Source: Heterodontus francisci
Taxonomy: Eukaryota
Assembly (NCBI RefSeq): GCF_036365525.1
Contig: NC_090373.1
Coordinates: 90,223,067-90,287,066, forward strand
Direction: 5' to 3'
DNA: 64,000 bases
Shown: positions 24,321 through 38,680 of the stretch, piece after piece
Numbering within the stretch: the first letter of the stretch is position 1
Layout of the letters: each line of letters begins with the position of its first letter
Program-made: the position numbers and the translations under genes
Notes under the pieces: model-generated
Databases searched by the model: none
Told to the model about the DNA's origin: nothing
The model's input: only the letters and a program-made list of their open reading frames with translations

Positions 24321-26009
24321 AGTAATTTCAGTTTTAACAAAATGCAAAGTAATTTACTTTTTTATGTTTAACTATTGCTGTGTTATTTGGGCACAATCAT
24401 ATTACTAGTACTGTGGATAAAAATCCAACCAGCAATTGCTGGCATCTGTGTAATGTCAGAAAATCATTTCAAAAATTGAGATCGTTGTATTTTAAACCCA
24501 GAATAGATGAGACGAAGGAAGGAAAGCAAGTCGTGGTTTAAATTTTGAACTTCAATTTAAATAGAACAGTTTGGAATAGGAAGTTGTTAAATGAAGCAAA
24601 AGTACAGTTCAATAGGAATGAATAGGGAAAAAGAGATAATGGAGGGAAAAGGGAAGACAGGTGAGAAGAAGTGTTAAAAAATCTATTTTCACTATCATGG
24701 CAATTTGAGTAGCCTTATCAATGGTAGAATATTTGTGTCAGCATTGTCGTTGAAGCTGAAAATTATAAAAAAAAAAGCTGTCCAATAGAAACAGAGGTTT
24801 TCCCTAGAAATGCTGTTCACTAGGGGTTCAACTGTTACTTTCGTTCAGCAAAGTGTAGCTCAGCCGTTCTAGTAAACACAGGAACATGTTGCTAATTCTG
24901 GCAATATCCCAGCACAGTAGGGGACCAAAGAAACGGACGAGTTAAAACAAAACTTTTGTACCGCCGCTGAGCATGTTGACTTCAAGGTCGCATGAAAGGG
25001 TTAAATTTTACAACCAACATCAGGTCACAAAGAAACCAGGAGCATCTTGCCTCCCGCCAGTCAGCTGTGGTGCAGTGAGAGAGCTCCTCTTCATCCTGCG
25101 AATTTAGCCCCTTTAGAGCTGCAAAACACCCCCAAATAACCAAAAGATGCGGAAAACCCCGTGTCTGCATCCAGCAGCAGCAGCAACTTAGCAATGTGTG
25201 GGAGAAAGTGACCAGTTAGGGGACAGCTGGGCTAATGAATGAAGATTCAGCCCAAAAACTGCGATCAAAGGGCAAGGCCAGGCACGTGCGGATCTGACCA
25301 GGAACAACCTGCGCACACAGTGCTACTGTCTGTTAATTTGTGATGTTAGCATTGCCAGAAGTGAAAAGCACCGTGGGTCACCGTTGAAGAAACTGTTAAG
25401 CCATTGGTGTAGCTGATGGGAGCCCTGCCTGACCAGTACTGAGCTCACAACAGCATGATTCAGTTTTTCATTTCACCTCCAGCATCCTGCTATGCCGGTG
25501 CCTCCATGAATGAAGGGTTTTACTTTCGGTAACATTTTCCGAAGAAAGTGGGCAACGAAGGTAAATTGCGGCGATTTTACTTAGCGTTTAGTTCTCAGCG
25601 TTTCCGACTATTCTCGGTCTTCAATCTAGTTACACAGTCAGAAAATAACAAGCTTCCACCTCACATCGAAGTTGCAAAGAGTTCACACACCGTCTTACAA
25701 TGTTCCCTTTTGCAGGTTCGGTGGAAATTGATACACATCTGCTCCCTTCATTCATTGACGTATTATGTAAAAATAACTAAAAAAGTCAACTGCCATATCT
25801 GGTCTAGTTACTCGGCAACATTTCAAGTAGATGTGCACTAAGTTAAACTTTCAAATAAAGATGTGTCATTAAAAATAAGTTTTTACATTAGCCTCAGAAA
25901 GAGACGCTGTATTTCTGTAAAATAAATACTGCATATTTGTTCTTAACTATATTAAAAATGAAGATTGGAGTCTGGAAATGAATGGAAACTTAATTAGAAG
26001 CCGCCCGGA

Positions 26010-26270
26010 TATATGCGCTACTCTAATTCTAGACTTTTGAGCACCCCCGATTTTAATTGCTTCCCCATTGGCTCTGAAATGCCTTTGCTAAACTGCTCCC
26101 CTCTCTTTCCTACTTTTAGGAGTTTCTTAAAAATTTTGACCAGGCTTTTGGTCATCTGCCATATCTCACTGTGGTTTGGTGTCATATTACTTGATGACAT
26201 ACCTGTCAAGCACGTTGGGATTTTTACCAGTTAAAATTGCAATATAAATGCAAGTTGTTGCTGTTGTAAT
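26010..26270 (+). mobile_element. L2 3' end
   Basis: Similar to 38390-38680. Confidence 0.65.
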
Positions 26271-26509
26271 AGAAGAAGTAAACTTCCAAAAAGTCTTTTC
26301 ATTGGTCTCAGAGTGACCTCTTTTACTATAGACTAAGTAGTTAGGTGTAGACCTGTGAATCACATGAGTCATGTAAGGAGTCAGCTACTTTGGGAAATAT
26401 ATAAAATAATTCATCTGACATTGTTAGGGACTTAAAACTGCATGGAAGTTTTATTGAATAAATTCAAAGAAATTGATAATATCCAGTTGTCTTTCATTAT
26501 TAATAATAT

Positions 26510-27253
26510 AGAGTTGGATTTTGCTGTGAAAATGACAGTGATACTAACTGTGCTGGTCATTATTTATGCACAAATTGAACAGCAACTGCAGGAAAGCGGG
26601 GTTGGGCGTTAAACATATAAATCCCGAAGTTGCTGTCTGAGATGCGCTGCCTCCCTGCAAGCGGCATGAAAACAACATCTTCCCATCTGGCTTCCCTCTC
26701 AAATGTATTGAAAGGTGAAAAGTTCCTGTACTTGCATGGTAGATATGGACCAAAATCACCACCAATGGTTAAGTCAAGTCATTCCAGTCTATGTGTGCTT
26801 AAGGGCATGATAAGTCTTTACTATTGCCAAACAATCGCTCTATCATTGAAAATGATCTTTCACAACTGCGCAGTCTCATTCCTTCACATTTTAATTATTG
26901 TGAAGATCTAAAAGCATTATATTTAAAAAAAAGTATTTTCCTTTCCATTTCTTTTATCTCTTTCACTGAATCCAATCTTTCTTTCCCTCCCTTTATTCTG
27001 TACCTGATTTGACATTGAATTCAGTATTCTAACTTACACTGCCTGGTTCAGACTCTGTGTTGTTCATTAACTATTTCTTCAATTTGATTAAGAACGCACA
27101 CAGGTCCCATATCCCCTGTAGAGGGGACTGAACTGTTTGGATATTTGTTTGACAGCAACTTGCCTTGCAAAACCCGATAGAAAGTCTATGGACAAGGTCA
27201 AATCTAATAAAAAGCTGGTGGCATTCATTCGCTACTCACAGCAAAATGTGGCA
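26510..27253. mobile_element. Probable non-autonomous TIR element (MITE)
   Basis: Terminal inverted match ATTTTGCTGTGA / TCACAGCAAAAT. No coding capacity. Confidence 0.45.
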
Positions 27254-27544
27254 TGTTTATATAATAGGACAGGGGAGTAACTTAGAGATCCAAACAACAG
27301 AAAAACAATTTATTTTGATGACATTTATTAGTATAGAAAACAAAGTATTTGGAAAGTGCAGTTTGCCAGCATATTTTGACATCATGTGTTACATCCACAT
27401 CAAACTGTGACTCTGTCCCATATCCCAAGAAGGAAATGGATAACTACTTGAAGGCAGAACATTGGCAGAGATATGGGGAAAGGACAGGGAAATGGGACTA
27501 ATTGGATTGCTCTTTCAAAGAGCCAACACAGGCATGATGAGCGA

Positions 27545-27888
27545 ATGAACAAAAAATAGTACAGCACAGGAACAGACCATTCGGCCCTCCAAGCCTGCGC
27601 CGATCTTGATGCCTGCCGAAACTAACACCTTCTGCACTTCCGGGGCCCATATCCTTCTATTCCCTTCCTATTCATATATTTGTCAAGATGTCTCTTAAAC
27701 GTCGCTATCGTATCTGCTTCCACCACCTTCCCTGGCAGCAAGTTCCAGGCACTCACCACCCTCTGTGTAAAAAACTTGCCTCGCACATCCCCTCTAAACT
27801 TTGCCCCTCGCACCTTAAACCTATGTCCCCTAGTAACTGATTCTTCCACCCTGGGAAAAAGCTTCTGACTATCCACTCTGTCCATGTC
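27545..27888 (-). mobile_element. CR1 3' end, little decayed
   Basis: Open frame TRGHRFKVRG..FFTQRVVSAWN. Same family as 52485-52630. Confidence 0.88.
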
Positions 27889-28279
27889 CTCCTGTTCTGT
27901 ATCATTCTTTGACTCTCTGATGTGAGTGCCACTCCTAGTAGCTAACTTGCATGCAATTTTCCACATTATTTAAACCCACTGTGGATCTAATGTCATATTT
28001 CAGGGGACGGACCCAGTTAAAGTTATGTCCTCAGCCATAAACAGAAACACAATGCAGATGATTGTAAAACAAATGAAAGCAATGATATTATACTTTTGAA
28101 GCTTTTTACAAAGGAAAAAATCCTGACAATTGTATTTAATTAATTTTGTGCCCTGGTCTCTGCAATGTAAGTGGTTGACTATTAGTTAAATTATTCTATA
28201 TGAGCATAACATATCTTAAACACTTGACTGTTTAAAACTGTTAAAATGATGGACACTTCGCATTTTGAAAATTGTCCGA

Positions 28280-30840
28280 GAGTCACAGAGCCATTACAGT
28301 GCAGAAGGAGGCCTTTCAGCTCATCGATTCCATGCTGGCTTTCTGTAGAGTATTCCAACCAGTCTCATTCCCCTGCTCTGTCACCGTAGCCCTGCAAGTT
28401 TATTTCCCTTAAGTGCCTATCCTATTTCATTTTGAAATCATTCATCGTCTCCGCTTCCACCACTCTCATAGGCAGCAAGTTCTAGGCAATTACCACTTGC
28501 TGCATAAAAAAAGTTCTTCCTCACATCTCCCTTGCATCTCTTACTCAAAATCTTAAATCTGTGTCCCCTATGTTGATTGTATTTAATCATATGCAGGTGA
28601 AGAGTGTTAATTAGAGTCTTACTTGAGTATATATAAGGAGACACTTACTGAAACTGGTTTGAGTGAGGAGCTGCATGTTTGTAATCTTTTTACTTTGTAA
28701 AATAAATGCAAGACTGAGTAAAGATTGACTGTGGAATAATCCTTCAAAAACAAGCTTTCTGGAGTGTAACACCCTAGTCCTTTTACCATCAGCTAATAAG
28801 AACAGCTTTTCTTTGTCTACCTACTGAAACCTGTCATAATTCTAGTACACCTCTATCAGATCTCCTTTGCTGCAAGGAGAACAGCCCCAGCTTCTCCAAT
28901 CTAACCGTGTAGCTACATTTTTCCATCCTTGGAACCATTCTGGTAGATCTCATCTGCACCTTCTCATGGACCCTCAGATTCTTCCTAAAATGTGGCGACC
29001 AGAACTGGACACAATGCTCTAGTTGAACTTAACCAGAGCTTTATAAACGTTGTACTCCATTTTGTATTTATGAAGCCCAAGATCACATATGCTTTGCTAA
29101 CTACTCTTTCATTATGTTCTGCCTTCAAAGGTTGATGCACTTGAGCCTTCAGGTCCCTCTGTCCTTGCGCACTCTCTTAACTTTGCCATTTAGTATATTG
29201 CCTCTCCATATCCCTTCTGAAAAAATGCATCACCTCACATTTCTCTGTATTAAATTCCATCTGCCACTTGTCTGCCCATTCTGCTAGCCTAGCTATGTCC
29301 TGTTGCAGTTGATTGGTATCATCCTCAATGTCTGCCACACCTCCAAGTCTGATATCATCAGCCAATTTTGAAATTGTACTCTGTATTCCAAAATCCAAGT
29401 CATTTTTTTATATTAAAAAGCACTGGCTCTTGGGGAACACCACTGTCTACCACCCTACAGTTTGAAAAACAACCATTTACCATGACTTGCTGTTTTCTAT
29501 CCTTAAGCCATTTAAAAAAATCCAAGCTGACACTGACCCTCTTATTCCACGAGCCTCAGTTTTGTTAACCCGCCTTTTATGTGGTACGTTATCGTAAATT
29601 TTCTTAAAATCCATTTAGACAACATCCATTGCTTTCTCTTCATCAACCTTCTCTGTCACTTCATTAAAAAATTCAGTGAGATGAGTCAGGCACCATCTGC
29701 CTTTACAAATAAGTGCTGGCTCTCCTTATTTAACTCAAACCTCTCCAATTGCCTGTTGATTCTTTTCCCCCGATTATTGTTTCTAAAACCTTACCCACCA
29801 CTAATGTTAAATGACTGACTTTTAGTTACTGGGAATGTCCTTACACCCTTACTTGAATAAGGGTGTCATATTTGCCACTCTTCAATCCTCTGGCACCTCC
29901 CCCCATATCTAGGGAAAATTGGAAGATTATGACAAGCCCTTCCGCTATCTCCACTCCCACTTCCTATGGTGACCTGGGATGCAAGCCACCTGCACCAGGT
30001 GACTTATCCACTTTAAGCATAACCAGCCTTTCCAGTACATCCTTCCTATCAATTTTTACCCCATCCATTATCTCTACCATCTCTGCTTCTACTGATAGTT
30101 TGTCAGCATCCTCTTCCTTAGTAAACACTGATACAAAGTACTCATTAAGTATTCTAGCCTTGCCCTGCACCTCTAAGCATTCTCTTTGTTCCTAATAGGC
30201 CCTACCCCACCTCCTACTACCCACTTACAATTTACATACTGATAGAAGATTTCTGGGTTCCTGTTTATGTTGACTGCCATTCTATTCTCACATTCTCACT
30301 TTGCCAGTCTTATTTTCCTCTTCATTTCCCCTCTCAACTTATTGCATTTGGCCTAGTTCTGGCTTGAAGAATTCACCTGACATGCATCATGCACCCTCTT
30401 TATTTGTTTTATCATATATTTTCTATCTCTCTCATCATCCAAGGGCCTTTGTTGGAATATACCTAGCTTGTACCTGAAACATCTGTTCCTGAAAGATCAC
30501 CCATTCTTCCATTACAGATTTTCCTGTAAGTCTTTGGTTCCATTTTACCCGGGCTAGATCTCCTGTCATCCCATTGAAGTTAGCTTTCTTCCAATTTAGA
30601 AGTTCTACTTTAGATTGTACCTTGCTCTTCTCCATTCCTAACCTAAACTTTATGATACGTTGGTCACTCTTACCCAAGTGTTTCCCCACAGACACATGGT
30701 CCATTTGGCCCACTTCATTCCCCAGCACCAGCTCCAGCAATGCCTCCTTCCTAGTTGGACTGAAAGCACACTAGTCAAGAAAGTTCTCCTGAACACATTT
30801 CAGAAATCCCTCCTCCTTCTTCCCCTTTTCTCTAACATAT
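28280..30840 (-). mobile_element. CR1 LINE, 5' truncated
   Basis: LELVLGNE, SDQRII, LNEYFVSVFT, SKLADDIRL, WQMEFNTEKC. Confidence 0.88.
28571..28771 (+). mobile_element. 201-bp solo LTR
   Basis: TGTT...AACA termini. 5-bp TSD CCCTA (28566-28570, 28772-28776). Internal TATATATAAG and AATAAA. Confidence 0.85.
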
Positions 30841-31149
30841 TACAATAAACGTAGGCTTCTCAATTTTTTAAAATAAATCTGTAAATGGGAGTTTAACAAT
30901 CCTATTTGAGTAATCTGGGATTTCTGGAGGTTAAAATATAATCTGGAAATCTGAAGTAGAAATGAGGAATACTGCAGTATTTCAAGGTGAAAAGATAAGA
31001 TAACATTTTAGTTATAATCCTTCATTAGAAAATTCAATATTCTACAAAATTGATTGTAGACAACTGTTAATATTGGGCTAGAAGACCTGACCTCTTCAAA
31101 AAAATTTTGGGATAATAACTATAAATCAATAGTATGTATTATGAAAAAT

Positions 31150-32032
31150 TATTACAACCAAGTGAGAAAGAGATCTAGGGTTCCCTTTCAGCCTTCACCT
31201 GGTCTTACCGTAACAGGGTTTAATTTTAAACACACTGTTTTTAGCTCCTATTCGGTGAATCCTTGTTCACCGTTTTCCGATTATAAGCTGAAGAAACCAG
31301 CCCGAACAGGCTTTTTTAGGTTTAAAGAAGAAAAGTTGAAATTTATTAAACTTAAACTCTAATTCGGTTAACGCCTACGGATACACAATGCGCCAACGCT
31401 AGCCTGCATATGCGATACACACATGCAAATAGAGACTGAAAAGAGAAGAAAAATAAAGTGGAAAAGTGTGAGGCAATATCTGAAGAGTTTTTGTTACGGT
31501 TCTTTGAGCTCACTGCAGAGTCTTTGATTGGAGATAGATCTTCCTTTTCGTTGGGGCCCAGTATTCTTCTTAAACCTTGTTTGCTGTAGGAGACTTTTCT
31601 CTCTTGGGGTTCATGTGGCTTCAGTGGATTCAGAGGCTTGTGAGAAAGAGATGGGGGCAGACAGGAGCAATCTTCTCAGTCCAGGAGCAAATAGACACTC
31701 TTGAGTTCAAACAGTTTGTACAATTCAGAAAACCCCAGATTGCCAAGCAGGTTAGTCATGTGACTAACTGGTCTGACCATGTCTTGGATTACATCAGTCT
31801 CTGGAATGCTCCTCTAACACAATACCTGGTGATCAAAGTCCGTTGTCAATTGAATGTGTCAGGGAATGGACCTTTGTCCTTCCAGTCACAGTCTGTTAAT
31901 ATGCAAATGTCTTTTCCAGCCACGGCTGATCTGTTTAACAAGTTCTTTCTTCACTCCAGTAACAGTTTAAAATCGATGTTTATGACAAAATTAATATGCT
32001 TCATTCTTCGCAGGTGGGGGCTTAGCGTGACA
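31150..32032 (-). mobile_element. Solo LTR related to 20072-20843
   Basis: Both ends are reverse-complement similar to the ends of 20072-20843. TSD degenerate. Confidence 0.8.
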
Positions 32033-32169
32033 CGATGCTAATTTTTATTGCTACAGGAGCTGGTGAAAGCTGCAAACTAAATGAAGCACTTTCTGTGGTC
32101 CCCTGTTTGGTCCATATTTTTGATCTAAATAGGTCATAATTAAATATGATGCTCATACAGATGCTGCAT

Positions 32170-32475
32170 AATGGTCATGGTTTTGGACTAAAAACCCTAA
32201 CAGTTGTGAGTTCAAATCCCGCCATGGTAAGCTCTGAAATTGTATTCAGTAAACTTGTGTGTTGATTTGTGCAGCAGATAAAATGATTGAAAGTTGTCAT
32301 ATTGTCGTAAAAGCCCAATATTCTTCAGGGAACGTATCCTTTACCCCTTCTCGGTCTTACCTACATGAGACTCCAGTTCCAAACTACGGGTTGACTCTTC
32401 ATCGCCTAAGGGTGACTAGAGATAGACAATAAATACTGCACTGTCTGTGTCACCCAAATGACGAGCGGAAAAAAT
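32170..32475 (+). mobile_element. tRNA-derived SINE with Crack-like LINE tail
   Basis: B-box GTTCAAATCC. The 3' end resembles the LINE 3' ends at 8590-8663 and 63505-63578. Confidence 0.55.
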
Positions 32476-34124
32476 TCAACTATCAATTAGTATAAATTCA
32501 CTAAACCATTAATTTGCTAACCATTTTCTAGCATTTCCTGACACAATATATTCTGTTTGCTCTTTAACTTCCAGTGCAATAATAGAGACTCTGGCTCATA
32601 AAAACTTGATTTGGTCAGTCAATTTGCAGGCTGATTGACAGCTTATTGGTTAAAATAACAGTTACTCAGGAAGTCAATTTCCATTAGTCTTCAGACCAGA
32701 ACTATTGCAGGTAAACCTTATGATTCATTTTCATGTGTAGCCCTTTATCATCTCTCCATTTAATTAATAGCTATGCTCAGAATTTTACTGACAAAATTAT
32801 AATGTCCACAAATTATGCTAATCCCACACTTCCATGCAATTGCATTGGCAGAATATTTTTATTTAAGGGAAAATCTATTTTCATATGGAGATGAGGAGTT
32901 AAATTCCAGAATATTGGAAATCTCAAATAAAAATAGAAAAGTTAGAAATATACATCAGGTCCAACAGCAGCTGAAAGACATATAGAATCTTGAAAAGGAG
33001 AATATTATGACCGTGTTGTATTAACATGAGTCTGAAAAACTGTTTGAAATAAGCACAGTCAAATTTCTTAGGTGTTTATTTTTGAAAGCTAAATCCTTAA
33101 AATATAACTTATGCATTTAATGAGAACTCCAAAATTAATGTCTTCTATGTTGAATGCCAAATTCATTTTTCCTTCTCCTGTGTGAAGAAAGGGTAACCTT
33201 ATGAAAGTCTGGCTTAAACAAATTTTTCATTTTGACTTGATAAAGATGATTTAATATTCATAATTTAGATCTGGAAAATTAAATCCAGCACTTAATACCA
33301 ATTGCTGCTTTAAGTTGTCTGAAGATTGCCCTTACTTGAGGCAACTAGTTTAATCACCAGTGGAAAATAAAGTCTCATTGTAACATCAGGCGAATAATTC
33401 TTTGTATATATTGTACCATTGTACAGGTTTGTAGCACCTGTTAAATCATTAATTCATCTGCATCTCTTTTTCTTGCATTAATGTTACAGGATGCAGCATA
33501 GATTTGAAATGCTGACTTCCTGAGTAACTATGCTGACAGCAGTACTGTTTCTGCACTTTCATAGCATCCTGTGAGAGATGTGCAAACAATAGTTGTCCTA
33601 TCATTTAAATAGCATCCAAGGAAGCACTTTTGTTTAAATTACTGTACGCTTGTGGTGTCATAGAACTGACCTGGACCAGCAGCATCAGCGACAGGGAGTG
33701 AGCAGAAACTAAGTGCATTATTACTACGGAGAGATTCTGAAGAATTGGCCTGTGTTGATTCAATCCTCTATAGACAAATGAATATTATCTGGTTGAGAAT
33801 GAAAGTGAATATTATACGAATTAGTATTGATTAAGAGGATCAAAAACTCCACTGGACACAATGATCCCTGTGCTGTTGCATATTGTGAATAGGGGGCAGC
33901 AGGATTGGGGCATGCTGTTAGTGGAACATTCCCCAACCCAACTGTTCTCCCCCTCCAATGACGATGTAAGGATGGGCAGAGATCCGAGAATTCTCTTTGA
34001 TTGCTGTTGGAAATCAGGCAGTATTGTCCTCGGGAACAAAAATCCATTTCATTTTCTGAGTGATATTCTGCACAATACTCCTTAATCCTCAAGAAAATCA
34101 AGTAAACTGCACAGTATTCTTTCA

Positions 34125-35385
34125 TACGAACATACAAATTAGGAGCAGGAGTAGGCCACTCAGCCCCTCGAGCCTGCTCTGCCATCCAATAAGTTCATGG
34201 CTGAACTGATTAATCCACATTTCCACCTACCCCCGATAACCTTCCACCCCCTTGCTTATCAAGAATCCATCTACTTCTGCCTTAAAAATATTCAAAGACT
34301 CTGCTTCCACTGCCTTTTGAGGAAGAGAATGCCAAAGACTCACGACCCTCTGAGAGAAAAATTTCTCCTCATCTCTGTCTTATATGGGTGACCCCTTATT
34401 TTTAAACAGTGACCCCTAGTTCTAGATTCTCCCACAAGGGGAAACATGCTTTTCACATCCACCCTGTCAAGACCCCTCAGGATCTTATATGTTTCAATCA
34501 TGTTGCCTCTTACTCTTCTAAATTCCAGCGGATATAAGCCTAGCCTGTCCAACCTTGCCTTGTAAAACAGCCCACCCATTCCAGGTATTAGTCGAGTAAA
34601 CCTTCTCTGTACTGCCTCCAACACATTTACATCCTTCCTTAAATAAGGAGACCAGTACTGTACACAGTACTCCAGATGTGGTCTCACCAATGCCCTGTAT
34701 AGCTGAAGCATAACCTCCCTACTTTTGTATTAAATTCGCCTCACGATAAACAATAACATTCTGTTAGCTTTCCTAATTACGTGGTGTACCTGTATACTAA
34801 TCTTTTGTGATTCATGCACAAGGACACCCAGGTCCATCTGCATCTCAGAGCTCTGCAATCTCTCTCCATTTAGATAATATGCTTTTTTATTCTTCCTACC
34901 AAAGTGGACAATCTCACACTTTCCCACATCATACTCCATGTGCCAGGTCTTTGCCCAATCATTTCACTTATCTATACCCCTTTGTAGCCTCCTTATGTTC
35001 TCTTCACAACTTACTTTCCTACCTATCTTTGTGTCATCAGCAAATTTAGCAACCATACCTTCAGTCCCTTCATCTAAGTCATTTATATAAATTGTAAAAA
35101 GTTGAGGCCCCAGCACAGATCCCTGTGGCACTTCACTCATTACATCTTGCCAACCAGAAAATGATCCATTTATGCCTACTGTCTGTTTCCTGTTAGCTAG
35201 CCAATCTTCTACCCATGCCAATATGTTATCCCCTGCACCATGAGCTTTTATTTTCTGCAATAACCTTTGATGTGGCACCTTATCAAATACCATCTGAAAA
35301 TCTAAGTACAATACATCCACCGGTTCCCCTTTACCCACAGCCCATGTAACTCCTTCAAGGAACTCCAATAAATTGGTTAGACATG
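34125..35385 (-). mobile_element. CR1 RT plus 3' end
   Basis: YLDFQMVFDKVPH, PQGSVLGP, KFADDTK, LVRPHLEYC. Confidence 0.92.
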
Positions 35386-37009
35386 TCTCCAAGAAACCTA
35401 AAGAGAAGGAGGTCAATATTATTGAAAATAAAATGGAAGAGAGAAAATACAAATATACTAATTACATTTTTGCCAGTGGAGGCTCGAATAAAAGTTACTT
35501 ACTTTCCAAGACCCCTTTCTTTTCATCCTGTAAGTGACTAGCTTTTGTAGACTGCAGAATATGTGCCACTTTTTCATCTGTAAAATGCGACTGCTTGTTA
35601 TTATGAAGCTTAGTGGTTTGATGAAAATAGAAAATATTTTTATTACGTTTACTGAACCTCATGCCTACTGCTGCACTTTTTCCATTGTGGTTTATAAAAT
35701 ACTAGAACATTCTCCGAAAGGTTCAGCCATGCATTACAGACATTGATTGTAACCTGGCACTAGGGTGCCAAGCCAGTAACTATTATAAGGGTAGATAAGA
35801 ACTAATGGTATTTTAGGTTGCTCTGAAAAGTTGCACAGAGGCCATAAATGGGCAAAAACATAGCTTAAAAAAAGACATGCAAAAAATAAGAGTACTGGCA
35901 ACTAACACGTTAAAACTTCTAATTCGCCATATCCGTTGCACAATGAAACACTGATTCATAATTTTTTCTCAAAAAGATATCTTTGTAGCACTGAGAAATA
36001 ATACTGGAATATATGAAATCACTTACAAAAGATTCTTGATGGGCCTGTTCATTAAATTTCAATTTCAAAATTGCATTAAAGTCTCACACTGAACATTTTA
36101 AACAAAATAAGAAGGAACTAAGAAATACGAGCCTAAGAATTCCTATTGGCGACAGCAGATGAATGTTTAACGAGTTAATACCTCCGCCAAAAGTGCAGGC
36201 AGAGGAATGTCATTTGAATGCCCAACCATTCATATGATATCAGTAATGGTAATTTCTAGGTCATAGTATACCTGAGACTGTGGAGTATATTATAGAGAGT
36301 TGTATAACAAAAGTCTAGCATACAATGTTTACAGATAATGAGAAACAACATTGAAACATTGTTTAATTAAATTCATCCCTCAGAGTTGTGGTATTGACTA
36401 GCAATATTTATGTTTTGTTACTCGTTTGCTGCATTCTATCATGCAAATGAAAATTATATTTCATCAGTTATTAATGTGAAAATGTTGCAATATCCGTTTA
36501 AAGAAACAGATTTTTAAAAATTGTTGAAAATAAAATTCTTGAAATGGAAAAGTATAATAAAAAAATTGTTCTGCCACAAATGTACTATTGCACAATCATG
36601 TCCTCCAATAAGTAATGACCTCTTTTGAGACATTGATAACAGTACGGTAATTATTGGTTTCCACTGTTGTTGCCCTACTTTAGTGGGAGATGTACCTGGT
36701 TTGAGTGTGGCATTCCCTAACTGAATTTTCGGACAAATGAATGCATTGACGTTATTTTGTGTTGAATCATCATTGCACCATAGATGTATATATCACAGAA
36801 CTAGGCCATTCAGCCTTCTCTTTGATGTAGCAATCTGAAAGTAATCCCACATCCCTGCTCATAGTCTTGTACCTTCCAATGCTTCAAATATTTACCAGTT
36901 TTCCACTACGAAATAAAACTGATCAGGCAGGAATTAGCTCACTCATTGAATTAGAGTTAATTCAATGAGGGAGCAGGTAAACTGCTTATCTGTTCAGCAT
37001 AGCGTTGGC

Positions 37010-38680
37010 TGTGATCACTATTTACACCTCTGTAATATTGCCCGGCATCACCCCTGCCTCGGCTGATTTGCTGCTGAAACCCTAATTCATGCCTTTGTTA
37101 GCTGTAGACTTGACTATTCCAATGCACTCCTGGCTGGCCTCCCACATGATTGTGGTTGTCAGAGGCCAATCATCTCAGACTCAAGGCATCGCTGCAAGGG
37201 TTTCTCAGGGTAGTGTCCTAGGCCCAACCAATATGCAGCTTCATCAATGACCTTCTCTCCATCATAATGTCAGAAGTGGGGGTGCTCGCTGATGATTGCA
37301 CAGTATTCAGTACCATTTGCAACTCCTCAGATACTTAAGCAGTCCATGCCTGCATGCAGCAGGACCTGGACAACATTCAGGCTTGGGCTGATAAGTGGCC
37401 AATAACATTTGCACCACACAAGTGCCAGGCAATTAACTTCTTCAACAAGAAAGAATCTAACCATCTCCTCTTGACATTCAACAGCATTACCATCACTGAA
37501 TCCCTCACCATCAACATCCTGGGGGTTACCATTGACTAGAAGCTTAACTGGGCCAGCCATTTAAATACTATGGCTACAAGAGCAGGTCAGAGGCTGGGAA
37601 TTCTGTGGTGAGTGACTCACTTCCTAACTCCCCAAAGCCTATTCACTATCTCCAAGGCACAAGTCAGGAGCGTGATGGAATACTTTCCACTTGCCTGGAT
37701 GGGTGCAGTTCCAACAACATGCAAGAAGATTGACACAATCCAAGACAAAGCAGCCTGCTTGATCAGCACCCCATCCACTACTTTAAACATTCACTCCCTC
37801 CACCACTGGTGCACAGTGACAACAGTATGTACCATCTGCAAGATGCACTGCAGCAATTCACCAAGGCTTCTGTGATCTCTACCACCTAGAAGGACAAGGG
37901 CAGCAGACAAATGGGATCACAACCACCTGTAGGTTCCCCTACAAGTCACTCACCACCCTGACTTGGAAATATATCACCGTTTCTTCACTGTTGCTTGGTC
38001 AAAATCCTGGAACTCACTCCCTTACAGCACTGGGTGTACCTACACCACATGGACTGCAGCAGTTCAAGAAGGCAGCTCACCACCACCTTCTCAAGGACAA
38101 TTAGAGATGGGCAATAAATGCTGATCTTGCAGTGATACTCACATCCCAAGAACAAATAAAAATGAACTACTGTAAACTTGAGGCCATCAAAAACTGTGCT
38201 GCTTGTGTCCTTGCTTGCATCAAGCCCTGTTCACCTTTCACTCCTATGCTCACTGACCTACATTGGCTCCCAGTCAAGCAACACCTTGATTTAAAAATTC
38301 TGATCCTTGTTTTCAAATCCCTCCATGGTCTTGCCCCTCCCTATCTCTGTAATCTCCTCCAGCTCCACAAACCTCTGAGATATCTGCACTGATTCAATTC
38401 TGGCCTCCTGAGCAACCCCGATTTTAAACATTCCTCCATTGGTGGCCATGCCTTCAGCTGCCTGGGCCTTAAGCTCTGGAATTCCTCCCCAAACCTCTTT
38501 AACTCTCTACCTCTCTTTCTTCCTTCAAGACACTGCTTAAAACCTACCTCTGACTAAGGTTTTGACCATCTGTGCTAATATTGGCTAACGCGGCTCAGTG
38601 TCTAATTTTGCTTTATAATGCTACCGTGAAGTGCATTGGGATATTTTATTATGTTAAAAGTGCAACATAGATATAAGTTG
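37010..38680 (+). mobile_element. L2 3' fragment interrupted by a Crack-like LINE
   Basis: LIHAFVSCRLDYSN on the left continues as LHWLPVKQ on the right. Confidence 0.8.
37147..38162 (+). mobile_element. Crack-like LINE 3' fragment
   Basis: QGSVLGP, ADDCT, MQQDLDNIQAWADKW, KAQVRSVMEY. Confidence 0.8.
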
